The notes under the pieces were generated by a model. The model did not search any database and was not told where the DNA came from. It saw nothing but the letters and a program-made list of their open reading frames with translations. Shown here in pieces: positions 10,601 through 25,600 of a DNA stretch of 64,000 nt (position 1 is the first letter of the stretch; every line of letters begins with the position of its first letter). Both the position numbers and the translations under genes were made by a program. The DNA comes from Tubiluchus corallicola (taxonomy: Eukaryota > Animalia > Priapulida): the NCBI GenBank assembly GCA_030141605.1, contig JAQGDQ010000047.1:186001-250000 (forward strand). Direction: 5' to 3'.

Positions 10601-13600
10601 GGCTTGTGGATGGTTGCTGTTTTGCAGTGTGTGAAAATATGTATGTGAGGATAACATCCTGTTTATGTATGTATGTATAACATACATATCCTTTCCTATA
10701 ATTTCTTTTATCTTTAAAAGCAGTAACTATAGTATGTTATATTTTTATCTACATCAGCATTATACTATTATTTCATATGACCAAAAATTTCGTAATTATC
10801 TTTTTTCGTAAGCTTTTCTTTTTTATGAATATTGTAAAGAGTTACTTAATTTTCAATTGTGAATTAATATTATAATATATAGGCCTTATAGGTTTTGCTT
10901 GCTGACTACATAGTATAATAATAGACAATTCATCAATATGACAGTATATAAAAGTTATTATTGTACACTTTTGTTCTATGCACCTGGCTTGGAGTCAACA
11001 GGTGCTGTGTTTTAAAAAAAGTATTTGATACATACTGTAGAATTGGAAGCAGAAAAAGTGGCATACCTGCTTATTGAGTTATTGAGTCTAAATGATTTTG
11101 TATTAAAGTTAGTAGTGAAAAAAACCCAGCAGGAATGCCAAAATTTTTCGTTAATGCTTAAACCGAATTGTTGCTTCTTGTTTGCTAATAATTCTATTCT
11201 GTGTCCTGTCTGTAAATTACAAAATATTGCAAAGCATGACTGATGCATTATAGCAGCCAGTAGATGTAGAAAAAAGGATGTCAATCATTTTCATGACTTG
11301 AATATTGCAATAATCCAGAGAATTCCTACAATAATCCAGAGAACACGTAGAGCGTCATATGCATTTCATGTGTTAAAGAAGTTTGGTAACATGCTAATTT
11401 GTAAAGATCTTTTTTCAAACAACACTGATGACCTACTAAATATGCAATGTTTTTGTTTTAGCACACCTAAGCAGTGAACAGTCAGCTTCTACAACACCAA
11501 TTCCAGGTAGGTAAAGATGTTTGTAGATTAGTTCTGCAGTACTTATTATGAGCATTAGTTTTATTCTGGTATTATTGATGTAATTTTTTTATTTTTGTTA
11601 CCAATCAACAGTAATATTATCATTTTTCTGACTTTTTTGGATCTAAAGAACTTGTTTCTTGATTTTCATTTCTTACTGTGTTTAGTTTTTTTGTATTTAG
11701 CACTATAAATGTGTTAATACTGGATGAAACTGAAATTTGTTTTTCACAGGTATCACGTTAGCCTTGATGTGAAAATCAGGGTTACTGCAAAGAAATGCAA
11801 ACGCAAATCTAAATTAATTGTTTTTTTCTGCTGATACAAGAAAGGGATTCAAAATAGCTTGTTATTGTCATATGTTATGCACATCATACATAATATTATC
11901 TACGTCATATATATCATGCATTTTGTTATTTACTGTCATTTTTGACTAGTAAGATCAGTGCTTCACTGTCATAACTTTCTGTTTTTTAAATTCTAATAGG
12001 CTTGGCCATTTTTGAGAAGCCATAAATTAATGTTACTAATGTTAAAACAATTATAAGTTTTTTATGCAAACCATATCATAGCAGTCTAACACTTGCTATA
12101 AAACATGCTCACGGTCTGACTTGTTACTGTTCTGCTTATCCGTAGAAGTAATTTATGAGTTCTTATATATTTTCAATTAGTTAGAAAATCCATGAAAAAG
12201 TGACACTACTGCACCATTTAAAATTCTTCAGCACTTTATTCAGAAAGAGAACCTTAACTTACAAATTTTATGTAGAGTATTTTTAATAAGAGTTATGAAT
12301 TGATATCTCAGTAGATTTGAAGTTATTTTTGATAAAGCTAGGCACAAGTTTATTCTAATTATTATTGCGTTTCTTAATTTGTGTCTTGAATAAATAAATA
12401 AAAAAGGCAGAAAAACAAAATTATCATAATGGAGAAGAAGTTTTTCTTTCAATTGATTACGATGTCATGTTGTAACTATGAAATCACCTGTTTTGGCAGC
12501 ATTGCCTGACATGTATTACATGTATGTGCTTAAACGGTGTTGATGTCTTTCATTACTGCCTAGTGTAGGTTTTTTTTGCTAAAGTTAAAATACTTTTCTC
12601 TGTAAACAACATGCAATTGTGTGCTCATGTCAACACTTAATGCTACATGAGGCTATCTGGTAAACATTTGCTGTTTGCTTATTTGCCCCTGAGTCTCAAT
12701 GACTGTTTTTTTTAAATTTTCAAACAGCTAAAACGAGTTAACAGGTTATTGCAAATTTGCTGCAAAGTTAGTACTTACAAAATAAAGCATTAACATAGTT
12801 CGTTTAACCTGACTTTTTTGCCTTGTTGAGAAATTTCTGTATCTAAAACTATCTTTTCATTTTATAACAGTAAAGAAAATTAAAATAAAGTTAGTGCACT
12901 GTAATGTTGTTGCAAAATTGTAGTGAACTTTTTAATAGTGGGACAAGTTTAAAAACAAATTGCTATGTTTTGTTAAAACTGATCTTCCTCTTTTTTCTTC
13001 ATGATGATTCTTACTGCACAGAAATGCTTTTGCTGAATACATGCAAATTTACATTTTTTGTAGGTTTGTTTGTACTTCGCATATAAATGTAACATTTTAA
13101 AGTGAATTTTTTTAGTTAACTGAATTACCTTAAGTTCTATCCTCCAAGCTTCATTTAATAATTAAATTTCTTATTTTGTTTTATGCAGCAACTACCTTTG
13201 ACTGTGATTTTGAAGTTGATACTTGTGGTTGGACAAATGATGGGTCTTCAGATTTTGACTGGTTAAGGCATCAGGGAAAATCGGCGACTCCTGGTACTGG
13301 CCCGTCTTATGACCACACGCTTGGTAACCATTTAGGTAAGAATTTCATTAAGTAATTTAATATTTATAATATAACACGTTTCAGTTATTCTGCAATAAAT
13401 TTTTGTAAAATATATTTGTTTTGTTTTTCATCTGCAAGGCAATTTGCAGAAACTTTCATGTAGTTTTTGTAATTTAAACTTTGCTTAAAACACTTGGCTA
13501 GCATGCTGTTGGAGATTAATTCTTTAAGAATATCTCCCTTACACAATATCAGTTTTCTATACACAACAAGTGAAATAATTTAGAGGAACTGCAAGAACCA

Positions 13601-16600
13601 CTTGCATATCCATGATAAACTGTGGTAACTTAATCAAAAATGTGCTCTCAGCACTTTTGTGTTTTGTCATTATACCGTACGTGTTGTTAATTTGTGAATT
13701 ATAACACTGAATAGACAGGCAGGCAGACTGTTATACAGATTAAGCTCTGATTACAAAGCATGGTATTTTGTCAAGTACTTGACTTTAAAAAACAAGTTGG
13801 TTTATTTTGACATCGAATGTGGCCGAATTTTTACATGTGATATAAATAGTTATAGTGCATTTTATAAACTATTAACGATTTGGGAGTTCCACAGTTGCTG
13901 TAATTGTATGCCATTTTTAACTGCATATGCAGGTTACATTATCACTATGGGTTAAAATTATTTTCTGACCTGGTGTGTCAATAGAATCTGTTAGTCCACC
14001 CTCTGTTATACTTCTTCATCATCCATCATACAGTCATTTAGCTCTAACTTTGCTTTTATGTTTATCTAGTCAAGATCAGCCTCGTTTCAGCAATGCACGT
14101 TTACTTAAGCGTGCTTGTAAAACTTTGCAACATTTAACATGTTTGCTAAGGCACACGCAAATGAGTTTATAGAGTTAGCACTCTATTTTAGATTAATCAA
14201 CGTTAGTGACAGATTTTAGTTGTTGAATTATTCTTTATTAAGTTAACTTTTTGTTGTTGTTGTTCTCTTGTATAAGCCACAGCTTGTACAATGTCTGTTC
14301 TGAGGAAGGAACTCCTTTTTGTGTTTAACAGATTTGTGATTGTTCCCAATCAGGCCTGAAACTTTTTGGGGGCAATTTATAGAATTAACACGCGAGACTT
14401 GTTTCCTAAAAACCAGTTTAAAACGACATACCCTTCTTGCAAATGTATTTTATCCAGAGCATCGACAGAATTAACCAAACAGATTCAACAATGAAGTGGT
14501 CCTTTGCTATTTGTGTGGCAGGTTAAACTTAAAAAAACCCTTAAGATTTGGGTTTGCTTGCATGTTTTGCAGAAAACAACATTCTAAAGAGCTGTTAAAT
14601 AAATACACAAAGCAGTAGATTTTCCTGTAAAAGTAACCATGGGATTGTAATGTACGTTTTGTTAATATATCAATTTAGAATTAACCAATGCAAGTTCGCA
14701 TTTTCTCCAATTGATGCATTTTATAAGCAAACATATGAAATATTCTGCTAAGCATTGTGTATGTAATCATAAGATTATTTACTATGATATTTTATGTAAT
14801 GTTTATTATAATCCCCATTAATTATAAATAATAAATAATCTTTCAAACAGGATGGTACCTTTACATAGACACAAACTCTCAAAAACCGAACGACGCTGCT
14901 CGCTTAAAAAGCCCTGGCTCGATTTCAGCCCCTATCTACTGCATTAATTTTTGGTAAGCAGTTTGTCATTTAATAAATTTTTTTTAGTTGTTGTTAATAG
15001 GCTCCTATTGAACGCAGTAATTTGATTACACGAGTATTTCTTAAATCCGAAGCAGCCATAATCTTGAAGTTTTTTTGCTGAATAAATAATCTTTTTTGCT
15101 CAACTTAATTTGCATACAAACCACCATTTGAAATTCAATTACTGTGTGCACGTGAAAATACTCTAAAGTCCTCTAACATGTTTTATCACTCAACACATAC
15201 GGCTAACAAAACAAAAACTTTGCTTTCACTATTTTCAGCATGTGCTGTTCACGTGAAAATCCTTTTCAAATGCATTTGTTGAAAAAACCTTGATTATTTT
15301 TTGTAGGTACCATATGTATGGTCCTGACGTTCGGTCTTTAAATGTATACATTATTGAAAATGGGGGTACCCAGACATCTGTATGGACCCGACAAGGCACT
15401 CAGGGCAACATGTGGAAAGTGGCAGCGATTCAGTTACAGAATCCACCAAATGAAGATATTGAGGTATTTATTATACTACTTACTGTTCTACGTGAACAAT
15501 ACTACATGAACAATACAAAACTTTACATGTATAGCTTTATTTAGCTTATATGCATTTTGCATCCCTCCCTGGAAATTGGGTAGAACTCCTAGTGTTCAAA
15601 TTCACTCTTGTGGGATATTTAAACCGTGTGTTGTACAGATACTGAACTTCAAAAGCAAATTTTTGGGTAGAACAGCACATTTAGCCACAGGCTGTATTTT
15701 ATTATTTACTTTGTTTCATAAGGGCTTAAGCACATTTTTTTTATTTGTTGGAATTCTAACACAGAGACAAAATTTAAATCATTCAAAATGAAATACTATT
15801 TCCGAAACTGAGATTATACCTGCATATAGTTTCAGAACTTCCAAGTAAACTTAATGCTTTTTTAATATGACTGGAATAACAACACATATTAATGTGAGCA
15901 GGCACAATTTACACGAATGAGCCGAAAAGAAGTTTAAATGTTTTAATGCTACTGTATTATTTTAAAAATTGATGACCCATAAGCAAAATTAAGTGGCACA
16001 GTTATGTATATGACCAGTAGACAATAAGAGGTACAATGACTGCTTTTGTGCAGCGCATTTCCAAGATGCAGACATTGTATTAATCTAACTAGCAATTGGC
16101 GAAATGCATGTAACAGGGCACAAACATAAAATTAAACTTCCATGATAATTCCTTAACGTAAGCCACTATTATAAACAATTAGGTTCTCTTTCAATGTTAG
16201 ATTATTTTGAGTTATAGTTTAAAATTGGGTCCTGTTTTACTTTACCCATTTTAAGGATAAAATTAGAGGCGTACTTGCGTTAAGTTTATAACAATAAATA
16301 TTTTTTCAACAGTTTGTATTTGAAGCATTAGCAGGAACCCAGGACCAGGGAGAAATTTCAATCGATGACGTGAGCATTATCCTTGACCACTGTCCAGCCT
16401 CAGGTAAATATTATCTTTGGCTTCTCTCCAGTCTTAGGTATCAGCCATAGGTTCTACTTGTGTTTTTATGCTATTGTAAATGATAATAACTTTATCCTTC
16501 ACACATTTATTGCAGCTGCAATGGTGTGCAGGACGGTAGCATTCAGCTATCATTCTATTTTTTCTTTTCATTGATATAGCCTATTTTACTTACCTAATTT

Positions 16601-19600
16601 TATTTATTTTACTTGTAAAACTATAATGCCGGTTTTACTTTTTGTCAGCTAATGCAGTACTTCAGTTCCTTGCACGAACAGTATCATTGACTATTTTCTA
16701 ACTTTGATAGCCATTTTCATTGAGCAACTTTGGTTAACAATTATCTTTAATGTTTTGCAGCCTCGGTAATAATACAAATTAATTTTGTTATTCTAGCTCG
16801 ACATGAATATAATGTTAGTAAATAAAATAGTGCAAACAAAGTTAATAAAGAAAAATTTATCTATATTTAATCATTAATGTCTTTATGCCCTGAGACTTTT
16901 TATGAAGTCACAAGTGTGTTAAGTAAAACTAATTTTATGAGTTTCTTGTGCAGTTCTTTGCGACTTTCAAGATGACGATGTGTGTGGTTTCACACATGAC
17001 TCAACAGCAGATTTCAACTGGCAAAGGGGAAGTGGAGCAACTGTCACTCCAAACAGTGGGCCGAGTTATGATCACACATATGGAACTGATCAAGGTTCTT
17101 TTGCTATATTGTTTTCACATTAAATTCTAGTGTGACTAGATTCAGAAGTAAAACTTGCTTTTTTATTTTAAGCTTAAAAATAAACTTATTTAAACAATTA
17201 CAATGGCAGCAAGATGTTTACGAATTACATGGAAATCATCTATAATAAACTGGACTTTTAGTAGTATATTTATGTAAAATTCTTTAACTTGTTGCTGATA
17301 AGCTTCTCTGTAAAGAGCGAGATAAGAATAATTAACAAATTGAATGTAAGAACTACCGGAAAGTGCAGTACTATAAAATGGTTGAAATGGTAACTAAAGG
17401 CTATGAATATTCTGGTATAAGTCATTTTGGCATTTAAACGTTGTAACGTTAAAATATTAATTGCGTTTCTAAGATGCGCCGACTTTCTTTTTTGAACTAA
17501 TTTTTTAGCTTTTAGTTTGCTATTATGTGGTTATTTTAGGGTACTACATGTACATTGATTCATCTAGTCATAGTCCAGTAGACAAAGCACGCTTAATAAG
17601 TCCAATGTACCTGCCTACTATGGGAAAGTGTGTACAGTTTTGGCATCACATGTACGGAGATGCTGTTGGCACACTGAATGCTTATGTGAAGACTAATGGG
17701 AAGTTAGGAATTCCACGATGGAGTTTGTCTTTTTCATCGGGCAATCATTGGAAACCAGCTCAACTGTCTGTTTTCGCAGAAGATACGTGGCAGGTATGAC
17801 ACATGGCATGGCAGACAAGATGTATAGAAGCATCTTTCGCATGCGTGCGTGCATGTTGTGTGAACAATGCAATTTTTATGTGAAAAATAATGTTGTAAAT
17901 GAATCCACTTTAAGTGTGTAATTTGTTCTTGTAATGAAATGAAGTTTCTTGCAAACTTCTTAAATAAATACGCATATCCCTACTTGCTTCATTGAATTAC
18001 TTCGAATTCAGATATATAACTTATGTATTTTTTCCACTTTTTGTCTTGTAACCTATTAAACAAAATTTAGTATTTAGTTTTTCTTGAAAAGATCCAGATT
18101 TTTCTTGGTGTTTATGTAATATATGATGAAATTAAACAGTATTTTATTATCTCAGCTGGTATTTGAGGCAACTGGGTCCACATCAGCTAGCGGTGATATC
18201 GCTATTGACGACTATCGAGTTCTCGACGGATCGTGCACAAACCCAGGTAAGAATTGAGAATTACTTTGGTTCCTGTACATTTGTTTTCACTGAATTTCAT
18301 TAAAATACACTTTTAATTCACAATTATTTCTAAAGAACTTTCACATAATTTTGCATTCAGTAGTTTCAGAGCCCAAAACAATCTTAGTATGATAAACCAA
18401 AAATTACTCAGTCCATGATATTACTTAACAGTTTAAAGAAGAAAATTAACTTTAACTGACATTATAAGCTGATTCTGCTTTGTCAACTGCTACTTTTTCA
18501 TACAGGGCAAGCGTATCCTATGCAGTGAAATAAAAATATTTTTGTTATTATAATTTTTGTCTTTTCTTTGGAGCCTTACAATCAATTACGAATTTATTTG
18601 TATTTTGCAACAGCTGAGACAAATTGCAGACAGTTAATTTCATAATATTCAGGTTCTGTAGTAACTTTGCTTTACAAAGGTGTATAATTACATAATATAG
18701 AATGTTACATGACCTAGTAAGCATGCCTTACCTGTGTTTTATATTGGTGTGGTTATTGTCTGTGAATTGAATGTTTTCAGCATCTTGCGATTTTGAATCG
18801 GATACATGTTTGTGGACAAACTACGAGTACCAGAATGAAGATTGGATAAGACAAAGTGCAGGTTCTTCCCAGTTTGGAAGTGGCCCAGGCAGTGATCACA
18901 CCTTGCAAACTTCCACTGGTATAAAGTTTACTTTTTTGCAAATAAGTGTGTTATTAGCAGATTCATTTTTTTAAAATCAACTTAATGATGTAACTTTTCA
19001 GCCACTAACACTTGTTATTTTCAAACATAAGTATAATGAAATTCGCATGTTCTAAGATTTTAAATAAAAACATTGTCTTAGGTAAATTTTGTTCTGTTCT
19101 TGATGCTTTATGTGGGCTTAATGTCTTATGGTACAGAAAATTTGCTCTCGGCATATATTTCAAGTTTTATATTAATACTTGACAATGTTAACATGTGAAA
19201 ATATATTTCAAGTCCTAAAACTCATTATACTTATCTAAAAAGACCCCTGTTTAAAATTTCTGTACATCAGCAGAATTCTGCAACTTGCTTTACTCCAGCA
19301 AGCTCACAGTCTAAGCATTAACCTTAATTGAAAAGACTTATAATGCATTTGTATTGCACATGCTTTCAGTTGAAGGATACTACAGAGCACAGATATAACT
19401 ATAAATTGCACTTTAGGGTTTTACATGTTTGTTGAGCCGAGCCAAACAGCAGCGAATGCGTCACTAGTGTCTGAAACCTTACCGGGTGGTGTTACATATT
19501 GTCTCAGCTTTTGGTAAGCAACTTTTTAACATCTTAATGTCAAATTTTCACTTTCACACCTTAGTGTCAAATTTTCATATTAAAGTAAGAATTTGTTTTC

Positions 19601-22600
19601 TCCCTATAAATACTTTATTGTTTTTTTTTCAACAGAGTAGGTTGTTTTGCCATGTTTCCATGGTTGCTACTTGTCAGGTACTGTTTTCTAAAAGTTGTAA
19701 GCCATACAAGTGGGACTATTGCGAATTTGAATATAAAAATTGTATTCATAAGCTATATATCACTTTATATCTTGCAGATCTATTTTCAATGGGCCAGAAA
19801 TTTTACACCATTGACTTTGCTTTAAAACAAAAGTACACTGAATAACATTATATTAGATAACATCAGCTGTTCTGGTGTTATATTGTTGTTATTGGTGTTA
19901 TAATTATGTTGTTCTGGATTTATAATTTTGTAGGTATTATATGTTTGGTTCGAATGTGGGTGATTTAGAAGTCACGCTAAGGACGAGAAGTTCAACACAG
20001 ATGCTCTTTGAAAAAAGTGGTAGTCAAGGCGATCAGTGGATGTTTGCTAACGTTTCTCTGTACAATGGTATATCTTCGCAATATGAGGTAATGGCTTGTG
20101 GCTGTTACTATGTACATTGATTCATCTATTTGTTTACCAACTGCACTGTAAAATCACTGGCAAGAGTGTCTAGCAGTGGTGAGATATCAGTTAATCTGAC
20201 TTCAGGACAATTTTCTGCTATTTTACAAGAAAACAGGCTTACAGTATGAAAACCACACATTTGTACTTATGAAAAACCTTTGCCTGTGATTGCATGGAGA
20301 AGCCTGTACAAAGGTGGCACCATAATACATGTTTTAAAGCAATGACGGCTGTGTGTGTTGTGTGGTTTTTGTGAATTTCCTAAAAGAGAAGATGAAATAA
20401 ATTCACTTGGTAGTGCTGTTCACTAAATAAAGATGTTTAGTTTAATTATATAACTGATTATGCCTTAAATTGTATTGCAATAAGATCTTACCTTCAAGCA
20501 GAATGTGGTGTTAAGCGAAGTTTGTTATTAAATGAAGCCATACTTCTATAAGAAGTATTGTAGTCATCCTAACAACATTTGTTGAAAAATCTGTACTGCA
20601 TCATACATATAGATCAAATGTTTTATGAGTATTATTCAGAATCAATGTTTTTCTTTACTTTAATTTTTACGTAGTATAATAAGTAAATCACTGAAAGCTG
20701 ATTATTTCTGATAGTAGAGTGTAATATTTTGCTAAATGTTAAACCTTAAACTTAGGATTTCTGTCCATCTAGTGTCAACTAAGGATTTGTACCGTGGATT
20801 TGTATTATGTGTGTGTGTATTTTTTTGCTGTGCTGTAATGCTTTTTCTAACGGCTTAAGTGCAGATGAAATCATTGAAATGCTGATTGTTGCTATTAATT
20901 ATAAAGATTATGCAGATGTTCAGAACAATAGGTCTTTTTATTGCGAGCATGCGGGTTTATTGTGGCAGCCATACACTTGTATGTGTATTTGTTGGCCGGC
21001 CTGTAAAAACAAAAACAAGAGTAACAGGAGATTTACAGTACAAGCATCTTGTTTAAAGGATATGACAAACACCATATTTACGGTGTAAATAGCATCAAAA
21101 ATTTGTAATTAAAATGAAGCACATATTGTTTCAAATGAAATGTATTGCAACAAAAAGTGCTAGTGTTGTAATAGTAATTGCACATTAACTGCTTTCACAA
21201 TTGTTTTGTTAGGTATTTATAACTGCTTTGAAGAGTGATAGTGGTTTTCTTGGCAACATCGCTGTTGATGACATATTGACAAACAGTGGTTCATGCCATT
21301 CAGGTAATGTTCTGTGTGCTGCCTAGTTAATACTTAAGTGACCAAACCTTTTATTGCTGTATTGGTTTATGGTCGCGAAGATGTTAATGGCAATGTTAAT
21401 AATTGTCATAATAATTAATGATGCAAGGAAAATAGTATTGGCAATATTTATTAAAATTTTGAAATATAATGATGAACTCATTAATAACATATTCCTTAAA
21501 TATAACATTGCTATAATATTCCTTTTCATACCTGACAAATGTATGAATTTCTAACATGTATGTAAATTTGCATTACAGGAACATCACAGAATGTCTTCAA
21601 CTGTGACAATCAGTATAGGTATTCCATCCCCATACAACAAGTTTGCGACTTTGTTGTAGATTGTCCAAATGGAGCTGATGAAGCAAATTGTGGTATGTAA
21701 CCCTGATGACATAGTGAAGGTTTTATAAACTGTAAAGTTACAGCGATACAGTTACTTTGATTTTAAATGTGTTTGATTTCAATTTTTGTTTGAGAACTGT
21801 TATTCTGCTCTTAATTTTAATGTTTGATTGTCTTGATGAATATTTTCTTCATTATAAGTTTTAAAAAGTCATGATGCTATATTTTAAGTCTTTTATTTTT
21901 TCTGTAAATGTTTTCAAAAGGAATAATACTTTTAGGTCAATGTAATTTCGAGAATGATCTGTGCAGTTGGCAGAATACAGCTCATAGCGTGTTTGAATGG
22001 GTACGTGAAAAAGACGGTGGCGACATCTCTAACAACAGAGGGCCGCCAATTGACCATACATTAGGAACTGCGAGTGGTAAGAATGGTTGATTATTCTCCT
22101 GTTTTTGTAACAGTTTGTTTTAGTATTTTTTACATCAGTAATAAAGCACAAAAACACATATCTAACGTAACATTTTTCGAATGAATTTTGTTATTTCAGC
22201 AACAATGAGTTTGTTTAATTCTGCGTCATTATTCCTGTCTTCTGTATACTTTCAGTTTTTTTATTCTCGTACAACATAAATGATTTACTGGTGTGATTTA
22301 TTAGTTTCTAGTAAAGTAATTGTGAAATTATGATCATTTGCAAATTTTATTGTATTGCATAACTATAGCAAAATTATTGAAATCAAAGATTTGCGTAAAT
22401 TTTAATAACAACATTATAATTGTGTAATTTTCAGGCTATTCAGCAGCAGTCGTACCATCAACGCTACCTGATTATGCACCTGTGATTTTAACAGGCAGAG
22501 AGCTTCAGCCAGCTAGTCCTACTTGTGTTTTCAAGTTTTGGTATTGGATGAAAGCAGAAAACGATAGTAAGTTTAATTTTAATGTTAATAAAATAACTGT

Positions 22601-25600
22601 ATGGTAACACTCTATATTAATAAGGATTCATTACTTTTACGATACTCACAAGTTTGTTCCAGGCGATGAAATTCTAAATTGCAGTTGCTAGACTTAAAAT
22701 ACACAAAAGCAATACATTTTTGCATGAGAAATTGCCTTTGATTACATACTTTAAAATGTGCAACAAAATGTGATGCAGCACATTATTTGTTCTTTGCATA
22801 TTACTAATTTTCCATCTAAATAAGTAAGATGTCTGTAATGGATATGTTTTATAAGTCTTAAAAAAGACCTGATTACACTATGCAGTAAATCTTTTTACCG
22901 CTTGACTTGTGTTACTATTATTAACTTGCTCAAAGCAGTACAAAACATTTTCATTCTGAATTTTGTGTGTTCGTATTTCAGTGTCCAACCCAATTCTTCA
23001 AGTCGAACTTGGCCACCACTATAGCTCTTCTGTTACTCGTATTTGGAGACAGATGGGAAGTTTTGGTGACAATTGGAATGAAGCTACGATATACATCGGA
23101 CAAGTTGAAAGCCCTTTTTATGTAAATTAAATTCAACTGCTAACAGAACCTATCAAATTGTTATTCTTGCTGACTTTAATAGTGTTATACTTTCTATAAA
23201 GTCTCGAATTTAACATATTTTTATAGCACTTTTGATTCTTGATATTATTTTTCAGCTTCAATTTAACGTCCAGAAACTCACAAATGTGAAGAGCCAAATT
23301 GGTATTGATGATATTACACTCGAACATTGTAGTTATCCTGGTAAGTTTAGTTTGTGTTCTTAAGGTCCTGTATATTTGACATATTGTAATGCTAATGAGC
23401 GAATAGCTGCCCTTATTCAGATTTGTAAAAAAATAGTTTGCTATACATTTGAATTATTAAACTGAAGGCAGAGAATTTAAAGCACTAATATCTTTTTATT
23501 TTTGTTTGTTTTTCTGAAGTGCTATGATACAGTAGTCACATTACCAAGCCCAATTAATTGTCATAAATTGGGTCATTAGAACTTTTATTTGGCAACATAA
23601 AGATGGAGGAATATAGACTATACCAAATATTCTTGCTTCTAACTGTTGAGCTTTTGGTTATTATCTTTATGTTGTATTCTGTTGTTTATTCTGTATTCCT
23701 GCATTATTACTTGCTTTGGTATTTGTGCTGGCCTCATACTTTTCAATTATTGTTTTGTGTTTCAAAAATGACCGTTTGCAAAACAAAAATGTCACATTGC
23801 ATTTCAGCTCCTGAAGCGAGTTGCCCTGAGAACATGTTTCACTGCACCAAAAGAGCCTGCATACCGCTAGATTGGAGATGTGACTTTAGTGATGATTGTG
23901 GTGATCAGTCAGATGAGCTCAACTGCTGTAAGTTTTTAACAATTAATTAATACTTAAAACTTAATTAATACAAGAGCTCAGAACGACGCTAAGGCCGGTG
24001 AAAAGGCTGGTGAAAAGAAATGGGGGACTGATGAATCAAAGTTCAACTCGATTATTGCCGCGCAAAGTTTTCCGCAACTTCGGCAGGTGAGTTCAACACT
24101 GTATTTTTACTTAGATTAGTCATCTTCTTTCTAAGTATCATAGATCTTTTGTTTTGTTTTTTTGGCATATTTGTGTGTCTACTTTCTTATTAATGATAAA
24201 CACTTGATAAAATGGTGTGCAATGTGCACTAAATTCCAAGTGACATAATCAAACTCAGCGCATTGTCAACCGAATTCAGTTGCATAAAAATGCATAAATA
24301 ATAAAGAAAGATTTAAGGCCAGTGTATGAGGCTATATGCATTGGCAATGTTGTCAACATCACACTTTTTGCATAGTTGCTATCATTATTTCAATTTCTTT
24401 GTTTTTGCTTTGTGGCATTATTCTAATTAAGTATTAAATAAGTATTCTAATAAGTATCTAATAAGAAGCATTTGATAACTTACTAAAAGTCATGTGCAAC
24501 TTTGAGGATCTTTTCTAGATTGCTCATAAATGTGACAGATTTCATCTTCTGTACAACGTTTAGTTTGTTCCGAATCGTTTTTAGTAACTTTACTTTATTG
24601 AGAAATGGCTTAATGCTTTTCAACATCCCTAAATAATGTAAATGCCAAGAGCAGTATGGTTATACGTATTGTACAAAGTGACACAGGTTTTGTTGAAAAT
24701 GTTATAAATTTGAGTGACTAGAAGTACTTTTCTAGTGTTAGTAGCAGCAATGAGGTATCGTTAGAGTAGTCTGAACAGTACTTAGTACTAGTAGTATTCA
24801 GTCTGCACTTTGTAATAGTGACTTTGAATCTGACATTGCTGAAGTTGGACCTAGTGCTAGTGCCATTTCAAAAAAGGTATTGTGTATGAGGTTAAAACAT
24901 AGACAGGGAAGTGTTTGTAAACATGCTTTTATTTTTATACATTTTTATACATGATTGTACAACATTACACATTTTCCAAAATTTTATTTGCTCATTTTTT
25001 AATACAGAAATGCATAAATATACCAGCAAGACTGTTAAAAACTTAATTAGCAGCTGGTGAATGCAGCCAAGCCACTGATGACATCAGAACTAAACTTAAT
25101 TTTGTAATAGCAAACATTACACGTGCTTGCAACGGCGAAAATTGATACAATGCTGCTGTACAACATTGACCATGATACACAAAAACTGGGCAAATTTATG
25201 TTCAAAATTTTAAATTTCAAGCTTATCACTGTGTCATCATGCGACTTGAGCACAAGTGTGTACTACATCAGAACTGAACTGAGAGGTATAGTGCCTGCTT
25301 TTTGTCCAACAGGTTTCCGAGATGCACACACTGTGTCCATCTAACTATTGAATGGTGAAATGCATATAACTTGGCTCGAACTTGAAATTAAACTTCCGTG
25401 GTAATAAACCAGTATAGATGATTATCGTATTACCAGTAATTGATTTCTACTGCACTGAAAATAACTTTCAATCCGCTTGCATTAATTAGTTAATTAGCTA
25501 ATTACAGATTAGTGTTCACCACAAAAACAGATTTTTGTGCCTTTTTAGATAATTACAAGTTGAAGACAAATTTCGAAGATGATATGTATCCATTCAGGAA

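Noticed and set aside
24745-24842. Possible box C/D snoRNA (CAGCAATG...CTGA...CTGACATTGCTG terminal stem)
   Set aside because: Box C is poor (ATGAGGT) and overlaps the stem, and no rRNA-complementary guide was recognisable.
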